A DNA stretch of 64,000 nucleotides from Calditrichia bacterium (GCA_050633245.1 JBOEGD010000032.1:32001-96000); one strand, 5' to 3'. Counted from the stretch's first letter, positions 10,239 through 19,392 are shown. Numbers and translations are program-made. Notes: a model not told the origin generated them from the sequence alone.

Positions 10239-10793
10239 ATGCCTATGCGCGAACGTGACCATTTAGAAGAGAAGTACTCTCGCTATATCGAGGGCGAGTT
10301 GAGTAGAGATCTCGATAAACGTATGGAAGAAGAATTGCTTGCACTTGGGTCTGATGGAGAAACCATCCTGCAACTCCGTAAAAACAGAGAGTTGCTGCAA
10401 AACCTGGCCACCGTCTCTACTTCAGTCGGTTTTGAACAACGGCTACATGCCAGAGTTCGCGAAGAGGGAAATAGCGCGCGCTCAAGATCATTGCCGTCCA
10501 GCTTTACCGATTGGCGTGGAATAGCTGCAGCTGCCTGTGTTGCCTTATTGATGGTTTTTGGTGGATATTTTCTGACCCGTGGAGCTGTCGAGCCAGACGT
10601 TCCGGCAATTCAACAGTCCGGTGTTGAGCCACTGCTGCAAACTCCTCAACGAGTTGTTCAGCCGAGTGTTGTTGATGATGAAGGCAAAGACGAGGTTAAG
10701 AAAGATTCGATTTCTACTTTTCAGCAGGAGTTTAATGGTAAACGCAATTCCGATGTGCAGTTTATCAACGAACAGAATGTTAAAGGTAATTAG
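10239..10793 (+). CDS. Putative single-TM anti-sigma factor
   Basis: Directly after ECF sigma; SRYIEGELS start resembles the zf-HC2 region but has no HxxxCxxC; one TM; short periplasmic tail. Confidence 0.65.
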   Translation: MPMRERDHLEEKYSRYIEGELSRDLDKRMEEELLALGSDGETILQLRKNRELLQNLATVSTSVGFEQRLHARVREEGNSARSRSLPSSFTDWRGIAAAACVALLMVFGGYFLTRGAVEPDVPAIQQSGVEPLLQTPQRVVQPSVVDDEGKDEVKKDSISTFQQEFNGKRNSDVQFINEQNVKGN

Positions 10794-10896
10794 AAAACGA
10801 TAGGCAATTGACTAATCGCTTTTGTATATTTCAAGTCTAAATGCGCCCGTATTTCGATAGCTCATAAACGCGAATCGTAACGCACGGAAATTAGAC

Positions 10897-12618
10897 TTGA
10901 AATTATCGCAGCCACTTCTCATTTTTGTCATTGGCTATTTGCTTCTGGCTCTCCTAATCAGTTTTCTACCAAATAGTGCAGGCTTTATTTTTGTAAAGCT
11001 TGCACTGATCGTTGTACTTAGCGGCGGAGCATGGTATTTCCTGCGTCAACTGCTCGGAGAAGAAGCGTTTGAGCAGGATGATAGCGAAGCCAATCTGGTG
11101 AACTCCACCGATATTCCTATGTCTTCCGATTCACCTGATGTGCAGACAGAACGCTCAATTGATGAAAACTTCCAGCAATTTATCGAAACATTATTTCCTC
11201 TGATAAAGCAAATTCTTGTTGCCAATACTGTCGTTCTGCTGCTGGTAAATGCGCAAAAGAAGAAGTTCTTCCTTAGAGCAAAGCTCAGTGACTTCGATAA
11301 TGTGTTTACCAATGAACGCTTTTTTGATCTCAATATCGGTTTGCCGTCGCTGGTGTTCAAACATCGCAAAACCCTTCTCGAAAATCACCTGCCAGAGAGC
11401 GAACAAATTTTACCATTTTACAATGAAGATATGCCTGCAAAGTCTTTTCTGGGTGTTCCGTTGCTTTTTGATGGGCGACCAGTAGGTGTTCTCAGTGTAG
11501 ACTCCAGCGTTCAGGCATGTTTCAGCGATGAGGATCAGGCAATTTTAATGCTGTTCAGCAAGCTGCTTGCGTTGCACCTGGAAAGCAGTAATAAGCTGTT
11601 TGAATACGAATCTGAAAACTGGACAACAAAACTAATGTTCGACTTTAGTCGCGATATTTTAACCTTTCAGGATCGCGATGTGTTGTGGAATTATCTTGCG
11701 CAAAATTTAAAGAGAGCGTTCTCTGTCGATCGAGTGATGGTTGCTGAATCTGGTACAGCCAATACCGGACGACTCGTTCACCTTGATGGTGAAAGTAGTG
11801 GCGTTGAAACAGGTAAATCCTTCCCGGTAAATGAAGGCTTGGTTGGCTGGGTGATCAGAAAAAATGAAGCCATTGTCGTCGATGATTTTTCCACAAAAGA
11901 AAATTATGTTCCCAGATTTACTCTGAATGAATCTCCTGAAGATATTTTCCAGTCATTAATGGCCGTCCCCGTGGCAATAAGCGGAAGCGTAAAGGCTGTA
12001 ATCTCTGTTGAGAGTACCCGCCGAAGTCACTTTGCAGATCAGCAGAAGCAGCTCCTCGAAACCATGGCTAATCAAATTGCCGCATGGCTACAGAAAAATG
12101 AAATTATGGAGCAGCTCAATACTCAAAGTCATGTTGATACCAGCAGTGGACTTGCCAATCGCAAGGCCATGCTTTCAGACGTAAAACGTGAAATTTCGCG
12201 ATGCGGACAAACACAACGAAACTTTTGTCTCCAACTTATTGCTCTTCCTGAATCACTCCCCGAAAAAACTGCCGAACTATACGATACTATGTTGGAAGAA
12301 GTGTTAGAGTTCGCTGTCTCACGCGTCCATCCACCAGCGACTATTTATCTTGCCGCAGAAAGTCAGCTTGCGATTCTCTGGCCGGAAGAAGCTCGTGAAA
12401 CCGCTCGAGAAAAAGCGCTCAATCTTCATCAGGCAATTCTGAATCGTCGGCCATGGGCAAATGGACTTGTTGAAAAAATTGGTTTGAATTCAGCTCTGGT
12501 AGATTATCCGGCTGATGCAGATAATGCTGCTGACCTGTTTAAGCTGGTTATTGCAAACGTCAAACACGCTCGTAACAATGGAGCGGAAGCTATTATTTTG
12601 GGTGATGAAAACGACTGA
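10897..12618 (+). CDS. Membrane-anchored tandem-GAF protein with degenerate GGDEF domain
   Basis: Two N-terminal TMs; GAF motifs SFLGVPL..GVLSVDS and GLVGWVI..SLMAVP; DTSSGLANRK linker; AAESQ at the GGDEF position. Confidence 0.8.
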   Translation: MKLSQPLLIFVIGYLLLALLISFLPNSAGFIFVKLALIVVLSGGAWYFLRQLLGEEAFEQDDSEANLVNSTDIPMSSDSPDVQTERSIDENFQQFIETLFPLIKQILVANTVVLLLVNAQKKKFFLRAKLSDFDNVFTNERFFDLNIGLPSLVFKHRKTLLENHLPESEQILPFYNEDMPAKSFLGVPLLFDGRPVGVLSVDSSVQACFSDEDQAILMLFSKLLALHLESSNKLFEYESENWTTKLMFDFSRDILTFQDRDVLWNYLAQNLKRAFSVDRVMVAESGTANTGRLVHLDGESSGVETGKSFPVNEGLVGWVIRKNEAIVVDDFSTKENYVPRFTLNESPEDIFQSLMAVPVAISGSVKAVISVESTRRSHFADQQKQLLETMANQIAAWLQKNEIMEQLNTQSHVDTSSGLANRKAMLSDVKREISRCGQTQRNFCLQLIALPESLPEKTAELYDTMLEEVLEFAVSRVHPPATIYLAAESQLAILWPEEARETAREKALNLHQAILNRRPWANGLVEKIGLNSALVDYPADADNAADLFKLVIANVKHARNNGAEAIILGDEND

Positions 12619-12774
12619 CCATTGGCTATTGATCATTGTTCATTGTTCAATGGAAAACGTTAATGGCAAATGATCTAACTTCAGAACTCAGAACTCAGAA
12701 CTCAGAACTCAGAACTCAGAACTCAGAACTCAGAATACTAATCGGTTCCCGTCTTGCTACTTGCTACTTGCGTT
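12618..12774. repeat. Composite heptamer arrays: (nnnATTG-like)x5, (TCAGAAC)x8, (CTTGCTA)x~3
   Basis: 12618-12652 degenerate; 12681-12736 seven perfect TCAGAAC plus TCAGAAT; ~12753-12773 cttgcta cttgcta cttgcgt. Confidence 0.92.
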
Positions 12775-12845
12775 TTGAAGATCCTTGCCCGTTGCCGTTA
12801 TTTAATTACTTTCATAAATCGCGTCTTTAAAGAAGGAACTATCTA

Positions 12846-14333
12846 ATGCTCCTATCCAGCCTTTTGAATCAGCTTTCCAAAAAATCTGTTCAGCAATTTC
12901 AGGATGTTTCAATCACTGGCATTCAGTACGACCCGCTGCGTATAAAACCGGGGAATCTGTTTATTGCAGTAAATATTTACACGCAGTTGGATAAAGTGGA
13001 ATTACCGGATGGACACGAGTTTGTTGAGATGGCAATTGCCAATGGAGCCGCTGCTATTATGGTCGATAAAGATGTGCCGCTTCCCCACGGCATAACTGTC
13101 GTGAGGGTGCCGGACAGTCGTAAAGCGCTCAGCCTGCTCGCTGCGCATCAAGCCGGTTATCCCGATAGAAAGTTGAAGCTACTGGGCGTTACCGGTACGA
13201 ATGGGAAAACCACTACAACGCATATTCTGGAAAGCATATTTTCCGTGAGGCACAATTTCAGCCTTACCGGAACGCTTTACTACAAGATTAATGGTGAAAT
13301 TCGCCACTCAAAAGACACTACCCCCGAGCCAACGGATCTACAGATAATGCTTCAGCAAATGGTTGATGCCGGAACGGATTACTGCGCCATGGAAGTGTCG
13401 TCTCACGGAATTGATTTTCATCGTGTTTATGGGCTGGAATATGAGGTGGGAATCTTTACGAATTTAAGCCCCGATCATTTGGACTATCACCTCACCATGG
13501 AAAACTATCGCGATACCAAGCTGCGCTTTTTTGAAACGTTGCAGGCAAGCAACCAGTGGGGTATTGTGAATGCAGATGATCCGCTTGCAGATATGTTTGC
13601 CGATGCTGCAGGAGCCAATGTATTGCGCTTTGGACTGAACTCTGGTGCCGATGTGGTTGCTGAAAATATCGACATGTCCATCAATGCTACTCGTTTTGAT
13701 GTGCAAACGCCTTCAGGACGTCTCCAGATCACGTCTAAGCTGATTGGTGAATACAATGTCTATAATATGCTCGGTGCGATTGCCACGGCGATTACCCAGG
13801 GCGTTCCGCTGGATGATATTAAGGCAGGTTGCGAGCGATCTATTGTGGTGCCGGGGCGATTTGAGTTTATTGACGAAGGACAGAACTATGGGGTTGTCGT
13901 TGACTTTGCTCATACGCCCGACAGCATGGAAAATGTGCTAAAGCTTGCGCGAAAGTTAACCAAAGGGCGTCTCATTACGGTGTTTGGCTGCGGTGGGGAT
14001 CGAGATCCTATAAAACGCCCGCAAATGGGACGAGCAGCTGAACACTATTCTGACATTGTCGTTGCTACCGCAGACAACCCACGCTTCGAGAGCTTGGAGC
14101 GAATTTTTGGTCATATGCAGCAAGGATTATTGGGAACAACGCCATACCATGAGGTCGCAGATAGGGGAGAGGCGATTCATTTTGCTATTTCCCAGGCCAA
14201 AAAAGATGATCTGGTCTTATTGCTTGGCAAAGGACATGAAACAACTCAAATCATAAACGATGAGTCAATTCCATTCAACGATGAAGAACAGGCGAGAGCG
14301 GCGTTGAAGATGAACGTGAATCGGCAGTCGTGA
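12846..14333 (+). CDS. murE: UDP-MurNAc-L-Ala-D-Glu--2,6-diaminopimelate ligase (stand-alone copy)
   Basis: GVTGTNGKTTT, TTPE, MEVSSHG, TNLSPDHLDYH, VDFAHTPD, GCGGDRD, DNPR, GKGHE. Confidence 0.93.
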   Translation: MLLSSLLNQLSKKSVQQFQDVSITGIQYDPLRIKPGNLFIAVNIYTQLDKVELPDGHEFVEMAIANGAAAIMVDKDVPLPHGITVVRVPDSRKALSLLAAHQAGYPDRKLKLLGVTGTNGKTTTTHILESIFSVRHNFSLTGTLYYKINGEIRHSKDTTPEPTDLQIMLQQMVDAGTDYCAMEVSSHGIDFHRVYGLEYEVGIFTNLSPDHLDYHLTMENYRDTKLRFFETLQASNQWGIVNADDPLADMFADAAGANVLRFGLNSGADVVAENIDMSINATRFDVQTPSGRLQITSKLIGEYNVYNMLGAIATAITQGVPLDDIKAGCERSIVVPGRFEFIDEGQNYGVVVDFAHTPDSMENVLKLARKLTKGRLITVFGCGGDRDPIKRPQMGRAAEHYSDIVVATADNPRFESLERIFGHMQQGLLGTTPYHEVADRGEAIHFAISQAKKDDLVLLLGKGHETTQIINDESIPFNDEEQARAALKMNVNRQS

Positions 14334-14500
14334 ATCGTAAGAGGCAAGAGGCAAGACGTAAACCCGCGCCAGGCTGAGCGGAGTCGAAGCCAGAGCAGAA
14401 CAACTTGCGGGAGGCAAGAGGCGAGACGTAAACCCGCGCCAGGCTGAGCGGAGTCGAAGCCAGAGCGAGCATGCTTGCCTCTCGCCTCCGACTTCTGGCT
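14315..14500. repeat. Heptamer runs plus two 56-bp direct repeats, each carrying a GGCTGAGCGGAGTCGAAGCC REP-like core
   Basis: 14341-14396 and 14411-14466 differ at 1 nt; GAGGCAA runs at left, complementary CTTGCCT/CTCGCCT run at ~14474-14488. Confidence 0.88.
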
Positions 14501-14503
14501 GAC

Positions 14504-14941
14504 CTACTTCCGTTTCGACCGCATCGCCTTGACACGTTCCACCGAAGTTTTTTGTAAATTCGCATATTCATCGCTGTCTGCTGAAAAAAGAGCAACTTTT
14601 CCTTTAGCATTACTGTGAATTCCCCAGCCATAGCGTTTTGCCAATGGTGACGTACGCAAACAAGCCTGTCCTTTCGAAAAGAACTGCTCACGTGCAGCAT
14701 CCCGCTCAGCCATAGGAATCTTATTACGCTCTGCGTGTATATCAAAAATCACTTCATCGGATGTAAACTGATAGGGATGCTCGAACAGCATCTCAAACTG
14801 ATAGTTCGCAACTGACTTCTTCTCGCCACGTAATGGCGGAACAACGCCTGATATTGTTGGACAATCTTCCGCGATTTCAATAAGTGTATTAAAATAATTT
14901 GTTGTCTTCATGTTTACCCCATGACTATCGTTGCTTTGCAT
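14504..14941 (-). CDS. DUF6157-like conserved hypothetical protein
   Basis: TTNYFNTLIEIAEDCP, FFSKGQACLRTSPLAKRYGWGIH; start may be ATG 14911. Confidence 0.8.
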   Translation of the reverse strand: MQSNDSHGVNMKTTNYFNTLIEIAEDCPTISGVVPPLRGEKKSVANYQFEMLFEHPYQFTSDEVIFDIHAERNKIPMAERDAAREQFFSKGQACLRTSPLAKRYGWGIHSNAKGKVALFSADSDEYANLQKTSVERVKAMRSKRK

Positions 14942-14953
14942 AGCTTTTCAATT

Positions 14954-15283
14954 TTAGTCTTTTTTGGCCGGTCTACTTATGGCAGATGTGTCAGGCAGTC
15001 TATTATCATTCTCAAAGAAGTTTGAAAGAGAGGTCTTGAAGTAGTAACTAGTATAAGTAATAACCGACCAAATTAACCACGATGGTATTATGACTAATGC
15101 TAAACCATAAATTGGGCTTATCTTGCCGACCATTAAGGAAATTATTGCACTTGGGAAAAGGACGCCTAGAATGACCAATAAATAACCACTCATTGATACC
15201 GGAACAAACACTAGAAATATTATTAAAGTAATTTGTATTGCCATTACGATAAGCGATATCTTCCAAAAGGTTCTGTTGAACAT
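14954..15283 (-). CDS. Hypothetical membrane protein (3 TM)
   Basis: 109-aa hydrophobic ORF with AGGAG RBS; AT-rich. Confidence 0.6.
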   Translation of the reverse strand: MFNRTFWKISLIVMAIQITLIIFLVFVPVSMSGYLLVILGVLFPSAIISLMVGKISPIYGLALVIIPSWLIWSVITYTSYYFKTSLSNFFENDNRLPDTSAISRPAKKD

Positions 15284-15320
15284 CTTCGCTCCTTTGCGAC
15301 GCTTCTAAAGTTGAATTAAG

Positions 15321-15373
15321 CGGGCTACGTTACGCTAACCCAAGCTACGATGTTCTGCCTTCTGCCTTCTGCC
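15321..15373 (-). repeat. GTAG-type REP-like hairpin plus (TTCTGCC)x3 heptamers
   Basis: Minus strand GTAGCTTGGGTTAGCGTAACGTAGCCCG (15348-15321); ttctgcc x3 at 15353-15373 abutting the upstream gene's stop. Confidence 0.7.
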
Positions 15374-15960
15374 TATTCTAAATCTTCTCTACAGTACAAA
15401 TTATCACCACGCTTGTTCTTCTTGATTTTCCAGTAATGAATAGCATCCTGCATAGATTTATCCGGATTGCCTGCCAGAAAGTCCCGGATATAGCGGTTGT
15501 ACTGAAGATGCGGTAGGATTTCCTTCGGTTTCGTTCTGGATTTCTGTTCCGCTTCTATCTGTAGCCAGGCTTCGGCTGCATCGGCAAGTGTTTTGCCATA
15601 GTTCATCTTTATCCAGTCCATGAAAATGATATTGAAACGAAACCGTTTACCGATATATTCTGCAAAAAAACCTCGTACGTTTTGATTGTTTTTATAGCTG
15701 TCGGTCAGAACAGTGTCTGCTGTCAGTTTTTCCTTACGCCAATCAAAATTGGAAGTCGGTTCGCTGCTTTTCGCGCGGACGGTTTTTTTAAGTTCGCCAC
15801 TTTGCAGGAAGCTGCTAATACGTTCCTCAAGTGTTGTCTTATTACCGGTGGGATTGATTCCAACCGAGCGACAAAAAGCAACCAGCTCTTCTTTTAGCCA
15901 GTAAAAGTCTTTAAAGTCTTGCTCAGAAATGGTTGGATCTAGTTCTGGTCTTGTGTCCAT
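15373..15960 (-). CDS. SAP-like / DUF6434-type domain protein
   Basis: FKDFYWLKEELVAFCR..G...GNK..LEERI; YKNNQNVRGFF; QYNRYIRDF. Confidence 0.75.
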   Translation of the reverse strand: MDTRPELDPTISEQDFKDFYWLKEELVAFCRSVGINPTGNKTTLEERISSFLQSGELKKTVRAKSSEPTSNFDWRKEKLTADTVLTDSYKNNQNVRGFFAEYIGKRFRFNIIFMDWIKMNYGKTLADAAEAWLQIEAEQKSRTKPKEILPHLQYNRYIRDFLAGNPDKSMQDAIHYWKIKKNKRGDNLYCREDLE

Positions 15961-15984
15961 GGAAATTTTATTCAGCTTTGACGA

Positions 15985-16848
15985 TTAGGTTAGAAATTTT
16001 TTGATTACGTCTTCTACCTGCTTGGTTCCATCCGGGTCCGCCTGTGTTTTAAAGCGACAGAATTCTTCTGCCCAGCCGGATGTGCGAACACGTAATGGTG
16101 GATTCGACTTTTGCGATACGTCAAACACAACCTTCGCGACCTGCTCTGCTGTCTGATAAACCTGGCTTTCACCAGATGCGGCACGTTCGCGTATCCCGGT
16201 CATGTATTTTTCTAAAATGGACTGATAGGGCTCAATCGTCAACTCTCCATTGGTCACGGTTTTTTGCATTGCCGAGGTCATGAAGTCAGAAACGATGCCA
16301 CCGGGTTCGACGATTGAAAATTGGATACCGAATTTACTGGTCAGATAGGTTGCAAGACCCTCTGTGTAGCCTTCGACGGCAAATTTGGCTGCACAGTAGA
16401 GTTCATTAAACGGCTGTCCTACCAATCCACCAACCGAAGATATGTTGATAACATGTCCGGATTGTTGCTTGCGCATATGCATGAGAACGGCCTTGGTGCA
16501 GCGCACGACGCCAAAGTAATTTACATCGGTGACCCACTGTATTTCTTCTTCCGTTGCATGTTCGGTTGTCTTTGCGAAACCGGCACCGGCATTATTAACC
16601 AAAATATCTATTCGTCCGGCCTGTTCAATAACTTGGTCGATGCAGTTCTGGATCGATGCAGTATCCGTTACGTCCAGCTGTAGTATATCTACATTAACGC
16701 CGACCTCTTTAGCCTTTTCCAGTAGTGTGACGCTTTTTTCAAGATTACGCATTGTTGCAAAAACGCGATGGTTATTTTTTGCGTAGAGAAGCGCAGCTTC
16801 TAAACCCAGACCGGAAGACGTTCCGGTAATCAGAACAACTTTTTTCAT
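15985..16848 (-). CDS. Short-chain dehydrogenase/reductase
   Basis: ITGTSSGLG, NNAG, ISSVGG, YCAAK. Confidence 0.93.
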   Translation of the reverse strand: MKKVVLITGTSSGLGLEAALLYAKNNHRVFATMRNLEKSVTLLEKAKEVGVNVDILQLDVTDTASIQNCIDQVIEQAGRIDILVNNAGAGFAKTTEHATEEEIQWVTDVNYFGVVRCTKAVLMHMRKQQSGHVINISSVGGLVGQPFNELYCAAKFAVEGYTEGLATYLTSKFGIQFSIVEPGGIVSDFMTSAMQKTVTNGELTIEPYQSILEKYMTGIRERAASGESQVYQTAEQVAKVVFDVSQKSNPPLRVRTSGWAEEFCRFKTQADPDGTKQVEDVIKKFLT

Positions 16849-16917
16849 GGATGGTACCTTTGTGTTGAGCCAGCATTTTCATGGGAAAGTTAATGAGGCA
16901 ATGCTTTGCACCTCTAA

Positions 16918-17020
16918 CTTTACCATTTTCAGGATGATTTTTAATATAACGGCATTTTTTGTGTAAGGCATATTGATTTCGAATACTATGATTATAACAG
17001 CCTCGTATTGTTGATGCCAA
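16918..17020 (-). pseudogene. Decayed 3' fragment of REP-associated tyrosine transposase (RAYT, Y1/IS200-like)
   Basis: RGCYNHSIRNQYALHKKCRYIKNHPEN resembles the RAYT C-terminal WQRxYxDHIIRN...YIxxNP motif; no HUH N-terminal half; GTAG palindrome 55 bp away. Confidence 0.6.
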
Positions 17021-17074
17021 TCTTTTAATGGTGAACCGAGCCGATTATGGCAATGGAAATTTTTTCCGCGCTCC

Positions 17075-17106
17075 CCGTAGAGACGCGATACATAGCGTCT
17101 CTACGG
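17075..17106. repeat. GTAG...CTAC REP-like palindrome
   Basis: CCGTAGAGACGC-GATACATA-GCGTCTCTACGG, 12-bp perfect stem. Confidence 0.8.
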
Positions 17107-17190
17107 AAATATATTTTGCATTCCTTCCCCAAAATCTACTGATAATTCATAATAGATTATAGTAGCGTCCTAATGCGATTATGACAAACG

Positions 17191-18195
17191 ATGGGATTTT
17201 TGAAGATGAAGTCAGTCAATACAGGTATCCGTACCGTTCGATTAGGCAGTAAGTATTGTGGCTTTTGCGTGTTGCGCAATCAATCTGTTCGCCTAACGCG
17301 GCATGGTAAATCCTATCTTCTGTTTGAGGTTGGCGATGCTTCCGGTCGTTCGTACATCAGATTTTGGAAATACGGTGAACGGGAGCGGCAGATAGAGGTT
17401 GGAGCAATTATTAAGGTTTGCGGTACTGTTGAACAAATAAACAATCGACATGAGCTCCAGTTAAGTGAGTGGCGGCCAGCAACGTCTAAAGAGGTTGTTA
17501 CGGAAAAAACAACGCTGCTGCCGGCATCTAAATACTCAAAAGATGAGCTTAGAATTGATTTGCAAAATCATCAGGATTTGATCAAAAACCGCTGGCTGCG
17601 GATGTTGTTGAGGCAGCTTTTTGCTGCATCAGATGAAACGGAAGCATTTTTCGGCGTGCCTGCGGGGAAACTCTGGCATCATGCATATCAGGGTGGTTTA
17701 CTGGAGCATGTTGTAACCATGTTGGATATGGCAACAGCTTTGGCGCGATATAATGAAGCGGTCGATATAGATTTGTTAAAGACAGGAGTTATGTGTCATG
17801 ATGTGGCAAGAGCAATCTGTATATCAGACAATGGATTTTACACATATAATGATAGTGGAAAGCTGTTGGGAGCGCGTGTACTGTCTTATCAAAGAGTTGA
17901 TGCGGAGTGCAAAAAGATCGCTGGTTTTCCGGCTGAGTTACGGGTAAAGCTGCTTCACTTGATTCTTGCATGCAGCTGCCCGGGGGAAAGTGAGGAAGCG
18001 TTTCCGAAGGCCCAGATGGTTGAGGCAATTATCCTCAACCATCTGATCCAAACAAGTGCCTACAGTAATGCTGTGTGTCGTATCGTTACCGAAGGACGCC
18101 TTCCTGGCGATAAATGGACACGTTATGTGAACCTTTTGAAACGTCCTTTGTTCTTCGGTATCGAACCCCCCGATAGCGGGTGTGAGCAAGTTTAG
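17191..18195 (+). CDS. YhaM/CBF1-like OB-fold + HD-domain protein, degenerate active site
   Basis: OB region (GKSYL..GDASG), PAGKLWHHAYQGGLLEH, CHD; later His/Asp ligands missing. Confidence 0.8.
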   Translation: MGFLKMKSVNTGIRTVRLGSKYCGFCVLRNQSVRLTRHGKSYLLFEVGDASGRSYIRFWKYGERERQIEVGAIIKVCGTVEQINNRHELQLSEWRPATSKEVVTEKTTLLPASKYSKDELRIDLQNHQDLIKNRWLRMLLRQLFAASDETEAFFGVPAGKLWHHAYQGGLLEHVVTMLDMATALARYNEAVDIDLLKTGVMCHDVARAICISDNGFYTYNDSGKLLGARVLSYQRVDAECKKIAGFPAELRVKLLHLILACSCPGESEEAFPKAQMVEAIILNHLIQTSAYSNAVCRIVTEGRLPGDKWTRYVNLLKRPLFFGIEPPDSGCEQV

Positions 18196-18196
18196 C

Positions 18197-18577
18197 CTAG
18201 TTTACGTACAGGCTGCGGAAGTTAATCCAACGCTCAACAATGTGGCGAAAATTTTTGATCTTGAACGGCTCAACCAGGTGGTCGACGTTCTGATAGCGCT
18301 TCACTTTGCTGGAAAGCTCAGTGGAAACAAAGTTGGAGATAAAGATTACCGGAATCTTGGCGTATCGCGGATCTTTCTTGATCTTGTCCAGAATACCAAT
18401 GCCAAAGTCAGGGCGAACGTTTGCGTTTACAATAATTAATGAAGGCTGATGATAACGCACGTCTGTCATAACCTGATCACCATGATAGTTTATATGAATC
18501 TTGTAGCGATAGTCAAGAAGCAGGTCATTGATAAGCTTTGCACGGTCTTTGCTGGTTTCGAATACGAGTACTTTCAT
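18197..18577 (-). CDS. Stand-alone atypical receiver domain protein
   Basis: REC-like pattern (KVLVFE, PSLIIVN, KIPVIFIS, LVEPF); AAGGAG RBS before ATG 18577. Confidence 0.8.
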   Translation of the reverse strand: MKVLVFETSKDRAKLINDLLLDYRYKIHINYHGDQVMTDVRYHQPSLIIVNANVRPDFGIGILDKIKKDPRYAKIPVIFISNFVSTELSSKVKRYQNVDHLVEPFKIKNFRHIVERWINFRSLYVN

Positions 18578-18602
18578 GGTAGTTCTCCTTAGCTGATGGG
18601 GG

Positions 18603-18845
18603 TTAGGCACTTTCTATTAACACTTGTGATTGAATAACTGTCGATAATATGTTTGGCAGTTCAGCCAAAAGAGCTTCGAGGCTGATGTCGGAAACATTGA
18701 AGCTTGTCTCAGGATCCGTGCCGATGGAAAGTTCATAGTAGCAGTTGCCTTCAGAGGTAAAGAGGCGATTCAGCTTCACGCTGGTATTCAGGAGATTACT
18801 TGCTTCCTGAAGTGCGCTTCCTGATTTTGTCTTTACTGCTTCCAT
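18603..18845 (-). CDS. Small hypothetical protein (80 aa)
   Basis: ATG with GGAAG upstream; co-oriented 26 bp before the receiver gene; follows a sigma54-like promoter. Confidence 0.6.
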   Translation of the reverse strand: MEAVKTKSGSALQEASNLLNTSVKLNRLFTSEGNCYYELSIGTDPETSFNVSDISLEALLAELPNILSTVIQSQVLIESA

Positions 18846-18892
18846 CGTGTCTTCCGTTTGTGTTTTTTACAATGCTCTTTGCCCATCCTTTA

Positions 18893-18909
18893 TTCAACTA
18901 CCGTACCAA
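18893..18909 (-). promoter_or_regulatory. Putative sigma54 -24/-12 promoter
   Basis: Minus strand TTGGTACGGTAGTTGAA (GG-N10-GA), 48 bp upstream of ATG 18845; GAFTGA activator gene adjacent. Confidence 0.55.
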
Positions 18910-19035
18910 AAAACTAAAATCTTTAATTTTGGATATAAGCTCATTAAAAACAGTAGCTTGTGATTCTCTTTGTGGTTAAGTCTTTTAAAAACAGTCTCTT
19001 GTGTTGTTTTTGGTGCTTTGCGAGTGAGTTTTTCG

Positions 19036-19308
19036 TTGTAAAAAGTGCAATTTACTGTTTTGAGCCGTCTTTCGAGTTGCACTTTTTACAATAAATTTGC
19101 TGTTTTCGGAACTTAGCGTGTACGCAATAGCGGAAAAAAAGATTAAAAAAAGTGAAAAGAAGGTAAAAAAATGCGGTTTTCTGCTTTTGGAGAACGAAAT
19201 ATACGTATTTTTTGCAATTATTCTGACTGCGGCGTATTAAAGGATTGTAAGTTGTTACCCCCAACGGGGGGAATTAGTCTGCTGATTGTAAAAAGTGCAA
19301 TCAGCAGA
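19036..19308. promoter_or_regulatory. Three identical 15-bp boxes TTGTAAAAAGTGCAA (candidate enhancer/UAS)
   Basis: 19036-19050 (+), 19077-19091 (reverse complement), 19286-19300 (+, inside palindrome 19278-19308). Confidence 0.65.
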
Positions 19309-19392
19309 TAACGAGTATATTCAGAATAGTGGATGCTTATTTAGGGAGAGTTTGAATAATTGAACAAGTGGAATGACGCTTAGTGTGCAGAT

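Noticed and set aside
12636-12830. ORFs with ELRTQNS repeats (also 23627-23851 and 57551-57748)
   Set aside because: They are translations of the stop-free strand of the TCAGAAC heptamer array; no other sign of coding
14341-14466. Possible mini-CRISPR (two direct repeats)
   Set aside because: Only two 56-bp copies with a 14-bp gap, REP-like core, no cas genes
14275-14745. 156-aa minus-strand ORF containing FDSAQP
   Set aside because: Out-of-frame overlap with the DUF6157-like gene and murE; the text is translated REP/heptamer sequence
16772-17020. 82-aa ORF as an intact gene
   Set aside because: Only the first ~33 codons resemble RAYT; TTG start, overlaps the SDR gene; treated as a relic
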